From Mobula hypostoma (lineage: Eukaryota): 64,000 bases of DNA. The translations under genes were made by a program, and so were the position numbers. The stretch covers positions 54,002,001-54,066,000 of the forward strand of contig NC_086107.1 in NCBI RefSeq assembly GCF_963921235.1. The letters are read 5' to 3'. Shown here piece by piece: positions 50,021 through 63,194 of this stretch. Below the pieces are notes generated by a model, which saw nothing but the letters and a program-made list of their open reading frames with translations, did not search any database and was not told the DNA's origin. The number at the start of each line of letters is the position of its first letter. Within the stretch, counting starts at the first letter, position 1.

Positions 50021-52153
50021 CTGTAAGTGAAAAGATAATTAAGTGTTAGTACAAAGGATTACAATTTAGTACCAATTCACTAAAATAAATACACCCAGTT
50101 ACAATGCTTGAGTAATGCTTTCAATTAACCACCTCAAATTATTCACTCTATTGGCAGTAGTTGCAGAATTTTTAATCATTAGAATTCACCATCATTTTAC
50201 TTTCTCCAGGAAGGGTTTTTATCCATGAGAAGGTAGATATGGATTAATTGATTTCATTGTGTTTTGTTTCCAAATGAAATCAATAATATAAACGTATGTT
50301 AAATTCTTTGTTATTTTATCTTGAGCTTTTTCACTTAGCTTCCTCAACAAAGTTGGTGCTGAAATAAATTCTTTTGATGCCCCTTTGTAAAGAACATCAG
50401 CAATTTACCTTATTGTATATTTTATCCCTGTCTAAAACTTCTTCCAATTGTAAAAAGATTAGGATTTATTTCGGCTTTCAATTTCTTGCCTAATGAATGA
50501 GTACTTCAAAAGATAAGCAGGACGCAATCCATTCCATCTTTTTTATATAGAATCTGGACTTTCAGCCATACTTTTTTCTATAGTTGCTGTCTGGCCTGCT
50601 GAGTTCCTCCAGCATTTTTGTGTGTGTTGCTCGGATTTCCAGCATCTGCAGATTTTCTCCTGTTTGTTTTTTCTTTGGTAATCTGGATTGTTATGTGTAT
50701 GAAATCTCAAAAGATTGACAGATGATGTAAATCTGTAGAAAGATTATTCAGCTATTGGATCAGGGACTGGATAATACTGAGTTTGGTTCGCTGGAGGATT
50801 TGATACCCACCTGGACCAATTGTGCTGACCCACTGAACCCAGGCATGAAGATAAAACAGACCACAGAGTGTAACTCTCCACTCCCATAATAGCTTAACTG
50901 TTATTTGCTATGAAGAGGCCAAACACTAACTGAAAGAACACCACATTCAGTTCCAGTGTGAACTCAAAATGTGCAGTGATGAAGAGAACTAGTGACAAAT
51001 GCTCTTGCATTTATTTGACATTAGCAATCAAAAACTAATTTCTCTCCAACTTTCCAAAGCATCGTACGACTTGCATGGATAAAAGTCATTTTGGTAAGGA
51101 ACAAGGTATAAAAAGGAACAAATTTCATATTTGATATTTTGGTTGGATCCCACACTTGGTTATATATTACAAATAAGGATACTACTAATTCAAATGTTGA
51201 AAATGCAATGCTATTTAAGGAAAACAATAATGCAGATTCATGTGTACAAACCCGCACCAGTTATAATTTAAATTTTAACATTCCAAAACAGAGTCCAGGT
51301 TTGGATGATCTTTCCTTTATTAAGTTTCCAAATCCACAGAATAAAACAAAAAAAAATTAAAATGTCAGAAATTTTAGTTGAACAGAAAACCAAACAACTC
51401 TCTAGTTTGCTCCAGAATCACCAAAACATTATCAATTATGCTGGGAAATTCAATTTTCTGGGAGACATTGCTCTGAGTTTTTTGTTCATTAATTAAAACT
51501 GACAGAATTCTATACCGTTCAGGTGAAAGGATTCCAAAGGACTTCATAATTTGAAACAGACTGTGTGCTACTTATACTGCTGATCTCTGAGAGCACCAAC
51601 TAGACAAAGGAAGGCAAGAAATAATCTTAAGTAGCAGCTTTAAATAGTACACAAGTCTCATAGGGTAGGACTCTTCCCCACTTTTCTAAATTCAGATGGG
51701 TAACACTGAAGACCCCACATTCCAAAATTAATCTCCTTTGTATCAGATTTTAGTTGATATAACACGACTGGAGTTCGTGACCTGAAGGGTTTTTGGCCAC
51801 GTAAGTGTAAAAGTTCCTAACCGTGCTGATATTTACATAAACAAAACCAAGGTTTAATTAATGGCTTCAGAACAGGATTGGAAAGTGAAGAAGAGATGCA
51901 CAATGTCTACTTTACAATAAGTCTCAAAAACAATTAAGGTTTCTCAGAAAAAAAACAAACCCTAAGTTTTTCACAGACTGAATTTCACAGTGATTGATAT
52001 ACACACGGTTCTATTCTCGCAAACACTGTGTCGCCGCGAATCACGTGAAGATCTCCTACAAAACCTTAATTTAAATTCAATCTCATTGAAAATTAATTTA
52101 GGGAGAGGAAAATCACGTTGGTTGCCACAGCAACAAGACTCCTACTACCTCAC

Positions 52154-52169
52154 CTTTCATCAACACCAT
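52154..52169 (-). CDS. TMEM80: TMEM80 coding exon 1 (MVLMK + 1 nt)
   Basis: GAAAATGG Kozak-like context in a locally CpG-rich patch, donor AAG|GTGAGG, phase 1 fits the micro-exon. Confidence 0.72.
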
Positions 52170-52539
52170 TTTCCCGAACAGACGATGGTCCTCCAGTATC
52201 CCATCAATCCCCGCACGGTACGTTCGTAGCGCTGAGCCCGTAGCAATGAGGAGGGATGAAATCTTTCATCCAGCAACAACAGGGAGAACGTTTCTTCCGA
52301 GAATTTATACAAGTCACTTCGTTAATTCCAATAACAGTTTATCTATTGTGATAAGTAAGATGAGTTTTTAAGTAAGTATAGAATATGATTGAGATTTAAT
52401 CCTGGCTCTGTAATGTAACGTGGTGCATTCTCCATAGAATAACGGCAGACCTGAAGCTCATTTCAAAACGATCTATTTTATCAAAATAAATTTTATTTTA
52501 AATAATGGTACTGAGACAGTCCATTGTTACTCAAATTGG

Positions 52540-53700
52540 CTACCAATAGAAAATGTTTTGTTTCTTTTTCCATAGATCTGCTGAGTATTTTCATTTCAGA
52601 TTTCTAGCATCTTGAGTTTTTGCGCTGTCAGAAGGAATTCTATCTTTGTTTTGGCAGGGAGGAAGGAGTAAGCACAAGAGAAGATACAGTTGAGAACTTT
52701 GTCAGTTGTGAAGAGGAATCTATGGTTAAGGAAAAATTACGGATGTTTTGTCATCAGAAACCTCAGAGGCTTGGGTGGTGAGAGGTTTGTCAAGATCGCT
52801 GTGGAAATCTGTAGTCTTATGACAGATATTGGTTGATAACCTATCCCTTGAGATGGACATAGAGATGCTAGGAAAGGCAAGAGTCAGATCTGGAACACTT
52901 GAAAGTGAAAAAAAGGATGGAATCTGGCAGAAAAGGTAATGAAGTTTTCAAGATCAGTACAAGACTAATAAAGGCATCAAATTAATGGAAAGGGTAGTGG
53001 GAATGTGCCTGGAAAGAATTAAAAAGACTCTTCTAATGTAGTCCACAAAGGGACGGTCGTAGCTCGTGCCTGTACAAATTTTGTGGTGACATCTTTTACT
53101 TGTTGAAGAAAATATTGTCTCATTTGACAACGAATTCAGCCAGATGAATAAGTGCCGAACCAGAGATGTTGCTTGAGACCAGGAAACGGCAAATTTTCAA
53201 AGCAGTGGAGAGGTGTCATGGATGCAAGCTGTTGGTCCTTCCTGCGCCTTGTGGCGCATCGGGCGGCAACCTTGCCGCTTATTTAGCATTCGTCTGTTTT
53301 TACGAAGCCAAGTTACTAGCTCGACGCTCAGCCCAGCGCGCATGGAAAGCGTGCATGGAGCCGGCGAGATGCGAACCCCGGACCACGAAGACCGGTGCGG
53401 ATACCACTACACCACCAGCTGGCAAAGGACATAAGTAACTGAATAAGGGGGAGAGAATGGTCAAGGTCAGAAGAAACCAGCTCCATAAGGCAAGAGCAGG
53501 CTGAAACAATGGGACTACCAGAACAGTCCTGTTTGTGGATCTTGGGGAGGAGTTGGCTGTGCAGATTTGGTAAGGGCTGAGAGAAATCACGAGAATGGTA
53601 CCAATGAAGGAAAGAGGAAACAAGGTCAGTGACTGTCCGGGATGATGTACAGCGGTGGGGTCCTAGTCACGAGGAAGGTGTAAAGAGCTATCAGGAAATG
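52540..53700 (-). mobile_element. Highly decayed Penelope-like RT fragment with a small nested repeat (about 53190-53420)
   Basis: Minus-strand remnants resembling LAE.V...N.F.F and PSYAC.FVGY; PLE tail at about 52560-52625. Confidence 0.4.
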
Positions 53701-54991
53701 TTCAATAAAGCGGAAGTAATGGAGGAGGAGGAATGTTGCAGTGCTGGAGACAGAAATGATATCCTGGACTGATTATGGATAAAATCTGTTCAGAATTAGG
53801 ATATAATAGAGGTTTATCTATATAATTGAGACTGTTTTATAGAGCAGCAATTAGTAGGAAGTCTTTCAAAGAACACATTTGCATGAACATTGCAGAAATA
53901 TGCAAAATTCATTGTGGTAATAGGAGCTGTGACAAAGCAAATATCAAGAGGGATGGCAATGACAAAAGAATTTTCTTCATCAGTTCATATCCAGCAAAAC
54001 CAAATATAGCATTGCTGGACTAGGGTCTGGGTAGTGAACCAGGAGATGTGGGACCAATTAGAAACCAAAAAAGGCAAAGAAAACAGCTGAGGTATAGTGA
54101 GTGATATTCATCTGTTGTTATCAAAGGAAATGTTGCTGGAGTTTTAAAGGTTTCAAAGGTACATTTAATATCAGAGAAATGTATACAATATACATCCTGA
54201 AATACTTTTTCTTTGCAACCATCCACAAAAACAGAGGAGTGCCCCAAATAATGAATGACAGTTAAATGTTAGAACCCCAAAGCCCCCCCCAGCAACCCCT
54301 CCCACGCATAAGCAGCAGCAAAGCCCCCACCAGCAAAATAAAAGCATCAGCACCCCCCACCGAGCACTCAAGTGTGCAGCAAAACATAAATAAAGACACA
54401 GACTTCAGTACCCCAAAGACTACTCATTCACCCGGTGTTCAACGTAGCACAGGCTTCACAGTGAGATGGGAGACATAAACGACTTGATGATTTATGAAAG
54501 CAAGTTGCTTTTGAGATTCTGGAAGGGTTTTAAATTAATAAAGAGATTGTTCTAGAAAAACTAGCTGTATGTAAAGTGGATATATCTCTAAATGCATCCT
54601 CATGCAAACAAAAAGTTTTCACTAATTCTCAGTGTATGTGACAATAATAAACCTGGTCATACTGTATTCTATTCTTCCAAACAACTTTAAATTTAGAGTC
54701 GATGGCTGAGATTTGTAAAATTGCAAATGTTACACCCTTGCTAAAAATTCTGTGTGGATAAACTCAGTAACTTCTGACCAGTCAGCTTAACACCAGTATT
54801 TTGAAAATGATAATGAGGGACAGAATTAACAGTCACTGGATAAACCTAAATGAATTAGGAAAAGTCTTTTTTGTATAAGGCAAATATTATCTAACAATAA
54901 TGATTAGTTTTATTTGTCATAGGTATGTTGAAACATACAGCGAAATGCATCATTTGTATAAAATCAAACCAGCAAGGATTTGCCAGACAAC

Positions 54992-55586
54992 TGTTGTACA
55001 AAAGCAGATTCACGGGTTCAGTAAATAAAACAGCAGGCACTGATTGCGGGTGTTACAGCAACTATTATTCACGAGCAACCTATGAAACACTTTACTCACA
55101 TACAAGTTGAACAAGCACGCATCCAACTCAGCTAAACTATGGAAATTATAACACCAAGCATTCAATATACTTGTTAAATTCATCTAAGTTATACAACAAG
55201 ATTAAGCAAGTGATAAGCAGTTACTTAACTAGCTGTGCAATCAAAACACAAGCCCCTTCCCCCTATTAACTGCAACACACCTTCCAAAGAGTTTCTCCAG
55301 CACTGCTTGCTGCTTGCTGTTCACAGCCTACAGTGGCCTGGAGTCAACAGAAGGAGAGTGAGCACACACATGCATTCACCTTTATACACCTGAGGACCGG
55401 AAACCAGTTGCAGGTATCACAGCATGTGACCTGGGATGAGAAACTGCATCAGTTTCTGCATGGCATGGGAGCTAACCAATTGGAAGGCAGCTACATACCT
55501 CGAGCGGGCCCACCATTAACCAGCACGGTGGAAGTGACTTTCAGAACAATGTTCAATCAGCAAATAAGTTAACCCTCCATATTACA
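54992..55586 (-). mobile_element. Solo LTR (595 bp)
   Basis: Minus strand reads TGTAAT...ACAACA. 5-bp TSD ACAAC at 54987-54991 and 55587-55591. TATA-like GTATAAAG at about 55380. Confidence 0.7.
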
Positions 55587-55914
55587 ACAACCCACTAATA
55601 TTGCCACACTTTCAGCACCAACACAGCATGCACACAACTCACTAACCCCAACCGTATGTCTTTGGAACGTGAGGAAAAATCCAGGTGGTCTACCTAAATT
55701 CATAGAGATTTTTTGTTAAAGTAACAGAGAGGGTTCATGACAGAAAAGTGATTGATGTATATGGACTTCCAAAACTACTATTACTGGTTGCAACTTTGTC
55801 ATCAAGACTGAATTGCACTGTGACAAAAGTAGCATGGATGGAATATTAGGTAACCATAAAATGTAGATGAAGGTTGTTTACTGACTTGAGGGATTTGTAC
55901 AATTGAGTTCCCAA

Positions 55915-56450
55915 GAGGTCGGCGTTGGTTCCTGATGACGCCACTCTCAGGTTGGAGGAACAACACCTCATTCCATCTGGGTAGCTTCCAACCTGATGGC
56001 ACAAACATCCGTTTCTCTAATTTCTGGTAATTTCTCCTCCTTTCTCTCTCTCTCTCTCTCTCTCTTTTCTCTTTTTCCATTCCACATTTTGGCTCCCTTT
56101 TTACCCCTTCTCCTCACCTGCCCAACACCCCCCTCTCCTATCAGATTCCTGCTTCAGCCCTTTACCTCTTCCACCTATCACTCCCAGCATCTCACTTCAT
56201 GACCCTTCCCCCACCCACATACCTTACCCCTCACCTGATTTCATCTATCACCTGCCAGTTTGTACACCTTACCCTCCCGCCAGCTGCTTATTCTGGTTTC
56301 TTTCCCCTTCCTTTCCAGTCCTGCTGAAGAGTCTCCATCCAAAATGTCAAGTGTTTATTCTTCTCCGTAGATGTTGCCTGACCTGTAGAGCTCCTCCAGC
56401 AATTTGTGTGTGTTGCTGTAGATTTCCAGCAGCTGCAGAATCTCTTGTGT
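55915..56450 (+). mobile_element. Older Penelope-like 3' fragment
   Basis: GSFQPDGTNIRFSNFW* ORF end, CT-rich UTR, CTGCTGAAGA...AAAATGTC hammerhead remnant, typical tail. Confidence 0.7.
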
Positions 56451-56989
56451 TGATCGTGGTCAACTGTGGATGATGTGTCCTAGCTGTCTACGCAAGCCAG
56501 GACAGTAAAATTGTTGCCCATGCAGCAGACTCCCTTTTCCACGCAGCTGATGAATACAATGGAGCAGTAGAGACCAATACAGTTTGGCAGCAGTGGTGTG
56601 TGGAACTCAATGTAGGGCTGCCTTAAGGACTCCAGCTCGGGATTTATCCTCAAGGCTTGCTTGCAAAGCTATCCCCATGATTGGGTTGAGTTGCAAGGCA
56701 GCAAGGTTTGAAATCAGAGATTTTCTACTCAATGAGCTGCCAACCAAGGCTGACAAGCCCTGTCTGCCTGAAGTGACTGGTTTTAAGGTGGCAGTAACCC
56801 ACCTTTGTCCTTTCTTCTAACAATAGAAACTGCTCCTCCAGGCTTAGTAGCTAAGTCACAGGTGAAGGCCAGGAGCTGGACTTGGTTGTCAGAGGCTATT
56901 TGAGACACACGCCATTGGGAATATTTAATAGGTAGTGGGAGTTTGTCCCCACTACACCCCCTACCCGGGCTATAATAAGGAACTTGATT

Positions 56990-57870
56990 AGCACTAGAAC
57001 CAATGTTTTTCTAATGATTTGAACTTGAATGGACAGAACACAATTTTAACTTCTGAAGACCCTCTAAAGCTTGGAGGCATTGAGCTGTGAGGAGAATAAG
57101 AGGAAATAAAAAAAATAGACTGGTGGCAGATGAAATTTAGTACCAAGAAATGTGAAGTGTTGTATTTTCATAGGAAGGATGAACAAAGACAATCTAAACT
57201 AGAGGGCATAATTCTAAAAGGGTACCAGAACAGAGAGATGAATGTGAATATGCAGCATGTACAGCACATGATCCATTCAAAGTGGCAGGGAAATTTAGAA
57301 AGTGGTCAAAACATTTGGGATTCCTGGGCTTTAAGAGCCAGGAAAGTATAATGTACATTTATAAACAAAGTTCTGGCCAGAACTAGCTTATTGTGCCCAA
57401 ATTGACACCACATGTTATGAAAGATAAAATTTTAGGGAAATGAGTAACAGATTTTTTATAATAATAGTACGGATGATGGACTTTAGTGTTGTGAATTTAC
57501 TGGAGAAGCTGGGTTGTTCTCCTTGGAGGATTGTGAGAGATAGTTAAATCATTAAAGGTACGAACAAAATAGATGGAAACAAATAGTTCCCATTAGTGGA
57601 TAAGTTAAGTATGAGAGAACATGGAATGATAGTGACTGGCAAAAGGAACCAAAAGACTGAAGGATTTTTTTTTGTTTATTCAATAAGTAGTCGGGATCAG
57701 GGCTGTTGGGTTGTACTGGAGGCAAATATGTGTAAGGATATAAATTAGGAGAATTTTAAGTACTCTTTGGAGAGGACAGGAGAGTTGGACACTTGGTTAG
57801 CTTATACATGGAGCTAGTGTGGATTCAGTGGGCTAAATGTCATGCTTTTGTCCTGTAACCATTCTGTGAG
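56990..57870 (+). mobile_element. Very old CR1 LINE 3' region
   Basis: WQMKFSTKKCEVLYF and LEKLGLFSLE remnants. Confidence 0.6.
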
Positions 57871-58418
57871 GCAGCTGATGTTAACATTCTGCAGCATTAC
57901 CTTTGAACAATTTCCCAGCATACAGGGCACCAAACACTGTCTTTGTAAACAGCAATTTTTTTTATAATAGCTGCCCCACTGTCACTAACGTAACTTTTTA
58001 AATTACTAATATTTTTATTTTTAGACCTCCATCCTTTTCTCAATATTTGAAATTTCTACTACCCACTCATCACAATTTCTGTCTCTACAGGAGCACTTTT
58101 CTGTACCTAATCTGTTTTCCAATGCCACACACCATTTGTATCAACAATAAAAATAATGACTTTTCTTTTCTATTCCTTAGGAAAAAGAGCAACCAGGGTT
58201 CAACTACTTTCCAGCCAAGAGCTTCCTGTTTCCAGAGTAGTTCTATTCCTCTGCTGTCTCCTGTCTCTGCTAATCAAACCTTATTGTCTGAAAATTCAAA
58301 ACCCAAACTGAAAGGACCAGTCAACCATCTCATAAAGCAGATTTTTGTGACTACCAACTGTTAGGCAAGATTCAGCTGCAAACATCAAATGGGCATTGGA
58401 GAGTATCCTAACTAGTCT

Positions 58419-59150
58419 CAGCCTGAGCACACACCCCTCAGCATCGGCGGCTCCACAGTGGAGAGAGTGGAAAACATCAAGTTCCTTGGGGTGCAGATCT
58501 CGGACAATCTCACCTGGTCCAGGAACACCACTGGGATTGTGAAACGGGCCCAGCAGAGATTGCACTTTCTGAGGAAGCTTAAACAAGCATCACTCCCCAC
58601 TAACATCTTAACTACATTCTACAGAGGCATGGTTGAGAGTGTGCTGACCTTTTGCATCACAACCTGGTACTCCAGCTGCAATGCTGTCCACAAAAAAGCC
58701 TTGCAGAAGGTGGTTAGGGGAGCAGAGAAGGTTATTGGGGTCTCCCTACCTTCTGTCCAAGACCTCTTTCAGAGTCGATGCCTCCAGAAGATACGTTACA
58801 TCATTAAAGACCCCTCACACCCTCTCCATGAACTGTTTGTTCTTCTGCCATCAGGCAAATGTTACAGGAGCATCAAAACTAAAACCACAAGGCTACTAAA
58901 CAGCTTCCTCCCACAGGCAGTCAGACTGCTAAATAGCTGCTCTACCTGACTCTGCTTTGGACACTTATAACTGATTTTAACTGGCATGTGGCTGTTGTGT
59001 TTTACTATTTATTGTTATGTTTATTATTTAGTGTTGCGTTTGTTATGTTATGATTGCACTGCCCCTGAGAAACGCTGTCTCATTCTGCCCTGCAGAGCTG
59101 ATGTACGGTTAGAATGACAATAAAGTTTTTTGAATCTTGAATCTTTGAAT
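58419..59150 (+). mobile_element. Young 5'-truncated Rex1/Babar-type LINE with intact C-terminal ORF (58458-58949)
   Basis: KFLGVQISDNLTW, AQQRLHFLRKL, DPSHP.HELF.LLPSG, RL.NSF.PQAVRLLN; AATAAA followed by a (TGAATCT)n tail. Confidence 0.88.
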
Positions 59151-59419
59151 CATGACCTGGTATAGAAACATCAATGCCCAGGAGAGTCTCCGTTGGCTGA
59201 TGTCAAATCTAGTACAAATGAATCTGCTCATGGCTATTTAAGATCATTCATCTCTGACCTAGAAACTGCTGCTGGAGCTCCTCAGAGGAATGTCCCAGAT
59301 CTATATATTTTCAGCTACTTAATTTTTCCTCCATCATACAGTCAGAAAAGTATAGAGGTTAAACAATGTACATTTCCTTCGCACCTCCTGATAACAAAGA
59401 TGCTCTTCTACATACCACT

Positions 59420-60066
59420 ATTTTAACACGTAGTTATTTGAGTTACTGTTGCCTTCCTATCAGCTTGAACCAGTCTGGACATTCTCCTCTCTCCTCTCTC
59501 ATTAATAGGGCAATTTTTCCCCACAGAATTGCCACTCACTGGATGTTTGTTTTTCCACACATCCTGTAAATTCCAGGGACTGTTGTACATGAAAATCCCC
59601 GGAGATCAGTTTCTGAGATACTTAGATGACCTCTTCTGGCTCCAACAATCATTCCATTGTCAATGTTTAGAGATACACTGCAGAATAGGCCCTTTGAGTT
59701 GTGCTGCCCTGCAAACCCCACATTAACCCTAGCCTAATTACAGGACAACTTACAATGACCAATGAACTTACTAACTGGTACATCTTTGGGAGGAAATCAG
59801 AGGACCTGGAGAAAACCCACAGATACTATGGGGAAGATGCACAGACTCCTTACAGATGATGGCAGAATTGAACTCTGAACTCCGACGCCCTGAGCTGTAA
59901 CAGCGTCACACTAATCACATCTATTCCCCATTCTGATATTCGGTCTGAACCTCTTGACCATCTATGCATGCTTTTATGCATTGAGTTGCTGCCACATGAT
60001 TGGCTGAATAGATATTTGCATTAATGAGCAAGAATACAGGTCTCCCTAATAAGATGGCCACTGAGT
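59420..60066 (-). mobile_element. Tc1-like fragment with a nested tRNA-SINE (about 59675-59915)
   Basis: Ends CTAATAAGATGGCCACTGAGTG (TIR); homologous to 36030-36712. Confidence 0.7.
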
Positions 60067-60286
60067 GGAAAACGTAGGAGCAGTATTTGGCCATTTGGCC
60101 CATCGAGTCTGCTCTGCCATTCGATCGTAGCTGATTTATTTTTCCTTTCAACCCCATTCTCCTGCCTTCTCCCCATAACCTTTGACACTCTTAGTAATCA
60201 GGAACTTATCAAACTTCACCATAAATATACCCAATAACTTGGCCTCCACAGGTATCTTTAGCTATGAATTTTACAGATTCACCATC

Positions 60287-61354
60287 TTAGAAATAGAAAA
60301 CCTACAGCACAATACAGGCCCTTCGGCCCACAAAGTTGTGCTGAACATGTCCCTACCTTAGAAATTACTAGGCTTACCTATAGCCCTCTATTTTACTAAG
60401 TTCCATGTACCTATCTAAATGTCTCTTAAAAGACCCTATCATATCCGCCTCCACCACCGTTGCTGGCAGCCCATTCCACGCACTCACAACTCTCTGAGTA
60501 AAAAACTTACCCCTGACATCTCCGCTGTACCTACTTCCCAGTACCTTAAACCTGTGTCCTCTTGTGGCAACCATTTCAGCCCTGGGAAAAAGCCTCTGAC
60601 TATTCACACGATCAATGCCTCTCATAATCTTATACACCTCGATCATGTCACCTCTCATCATCTTATACACCTCTATCATGTCACTTCTCATCCTCCGTCG
60701 CTCCAAGGAGAAAAGGCCGAGTTCACTCAACCTATTCTCATAAGACATGCTCCCCAACCCAGGCAACATCCTTGTAAATCTCCTCTGCACCCTTTCTATG
60801 GCTTCCACATCCTTCCTGTAGTGAGGCGACCAGAACTGAGCACAGTTCTCCAAGTGGGGTCTCACCAGGGTCCAATATAGCTGCAACATTACCACTCGGC
60901 TCCTAAATTCAATTCCATGATTGATGAAGGCCAATACATCGTACGCCTTCTTAACCACAGAGTCAACCTGCGCAGCTGCTTTGAGCATCCTATGGACTCA
61001 GACCCCAAGATCCCTCTGATCCTCCACACCGCCAAGAGTCTGACCATTAATACTGTATTCTGCCATCATATTTGACCTACTAAAATGAACCACTTCACAC
61101 TTATCTGGGTTGAACTCCATCTACCAATTCTCAGTCCAGTTTTGCAACCTATCAATGTCCTGCTGTAACCTCTGACAGCCCTCCACACTATCCACAACAC
61201 CTCCAACCTTTGTGTCATCAGCAAACTTACTAACCCATCCCTCCACTTCCTCATCCAAGTCATTTATAAAAATCACAAAGAGTAGGGATCCCAGAACAGA
61301 TCCCTGAGGCACCCCACTGGTGACTGACCTCTATGCAGAATATGACCCATCTAC
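60287..61354 (-). mobile_element. Young 5'-truncated CR1 LINE
   Basis: [47 protein letters not shown]. Confidence 0.9.
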
Positions 61355-63190
61355 GGGATAGCCATCAAGTCCTGGGGACTTACCAGATTGCATTGAAGAA
61401 ATAGCTTTATGAATTTCGGCTTCAATAATTTGAGCATCGAGAATTTTTTGATCCTCAGCCGAGATTTTAGGAAAAACCATCTTTCATAAAAAAGCATTCA
61501 TTTTAGAGGAATCTAACAGACATTGAGATTTATATAGCTCAGCATTAAAGTCTTGAAAAATCTTATTAATTTCCTCATATTCCTGAGCTAAGGTACCATC
61601 TTTCCTACGAATTTTCATGATTTGCCTTTTGGCTGCAGCCATTTTTAATTGAGATGCAAGCAGTTTATTATTTTTTTCTCCAGACATATAAAATTGGCTC
61701 TTTAACTTAAGCAAATAACCTTCAATGGGATGAGTTAATAACAGGTTATATTGTGATTGAAGTTCCACCCTTTGTTTAAATAAATCAGTATTGGGGGAAA
61801 TTGCATAAATATTATCTAAATCTTTAATTTGTTTTGAAATTCTATCTAATTCTGCTTTAGTTTGTTTTTTAAGTTTAACTGAATAAGAAATAATCTGACC
61901 GCATAAAAATGCTTTAAATGTATCCCATATAACTAATTTAGACATACCCCCTATATCATTAAAAAGAAAAAGTTCTTTTATCTGGGTTTCAATGAAAGTG
62001 ACAAAGTCAGAGTTTTGCAATAATGTCTGAGACATGCACCAAGGTGGGCGGGCAAGAGTGACATCATCAAATTCAAAAGACAAACTCAGAGGTGCATGAT
62101 CAGATATAGCAATAGCGTCATATTCGCAGGTTTTAACACTAGGCAAGAAGCGGCGATCGATTATAATATAATCGATCCTCGAATATTTTTTATAAACGTG
62201 TGAGAAGAAAGAATATTCTCTATTGTCGGGATGAAGATACTTCCACAAATCAATCAACCCAAAATCAATCAAAAAGGAATTAATAAATGACGCGGATCAA
62301 TTTGGAAGTCGCTGATTGGTTGAGCTCTTATCAATCATAGGATTTAAACAACAATTAAAATCCCCACCCATTATGAGCATATATTCATTTAAGTCAGGCA
62401 GTAAAGCAAATACTTTTTTAACAAAAAGAAGGATCATCTAAGTTAGGACGATACAAATTAACCAAAACAACTTTTCTATTACAGATTGTTCCTTTAACAA
62501 TTAAAAATCTACCATTAGAATCTGATTCAATATCCTCTTGAATAAATATATTAGGTTTAATGAAAATAGACATGCCTTTTGTTTTACCCTGAGAAGTAGA
62601 GTGGAATTGCAAACCATTCCACCATCTAAAAAACCCATTTTGATCTCCCGCCCTGATATGTGTCTCTTGAGCAAAAATTATATCAGGTTGGAATCGGTTA
62701 ATAATTTTAAAAGTCTTCTTTCGTTTAATAGGATGATTCCAACCACGTACATTCCAACTTATTATATTTATCCATTTGAACAGCATACTATAATTTCATT
62801 CTACTTTATACATGCACAAAGCACATACCAATGCAGGATGATCAAAGATGGCGGTGATGAAGAATACAACCAAACAAAAAACACGCATTCTCCGGAGCCA
62901 CCCAATGGGGAAAAACTAACTCTAAACCCACCCACCCACACCCAGAAACCCGAAAAAGGCAAGCGATCTACGATAGAATTCAAAGCTGCTGACTGGTCTG
63001 TCTGTGTTTTCTTTCCCTCCCCCCAGTTAGTAAAAAAGTAGAGTGACCCTGTGAAAAAGACAATAAAGTCTCAGGGAAAAAATGTATTTACATTCCATCG
63101 ACTGATAAACAAGAAAGAACCAAAATAATGTTATCTCTTAGAGAGAAAAACCAGCGCCACGTTTAAGTTTAATATTAATTCAAATACAAA
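61355..63190 (-). mobile_element. L1-clade LINE ORF2 N-terminus (APE endonuclease) plus upstream spacer, truncated by CR1
   Basis: IISWNVRG, AQETH, GRFLIV.G, GGDFNC, YSRIDY, ISDHAP, WDTFKAFL.G, KSPGLDGY. Confidence 0.87.
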
Positions 63191-63194
63191 TACC

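Noticed and set aside
50409-50431. Alternative TMEM80 micro-exon (tag|ACAGGGATAAAATATACAATAAG|gtaaat)
   Set aside because: No homology support; the 17-nt exon with a U12 donor explains both the frame and the downstream U12 branch site.
42889-52169. Calling the membrane-protein gene TMEM216 because of human synteny
   Set aside because: SQVFS, GNLTE, LLWQ and VLRAD motifs and the micro-exon structure fit TMEM80 better.
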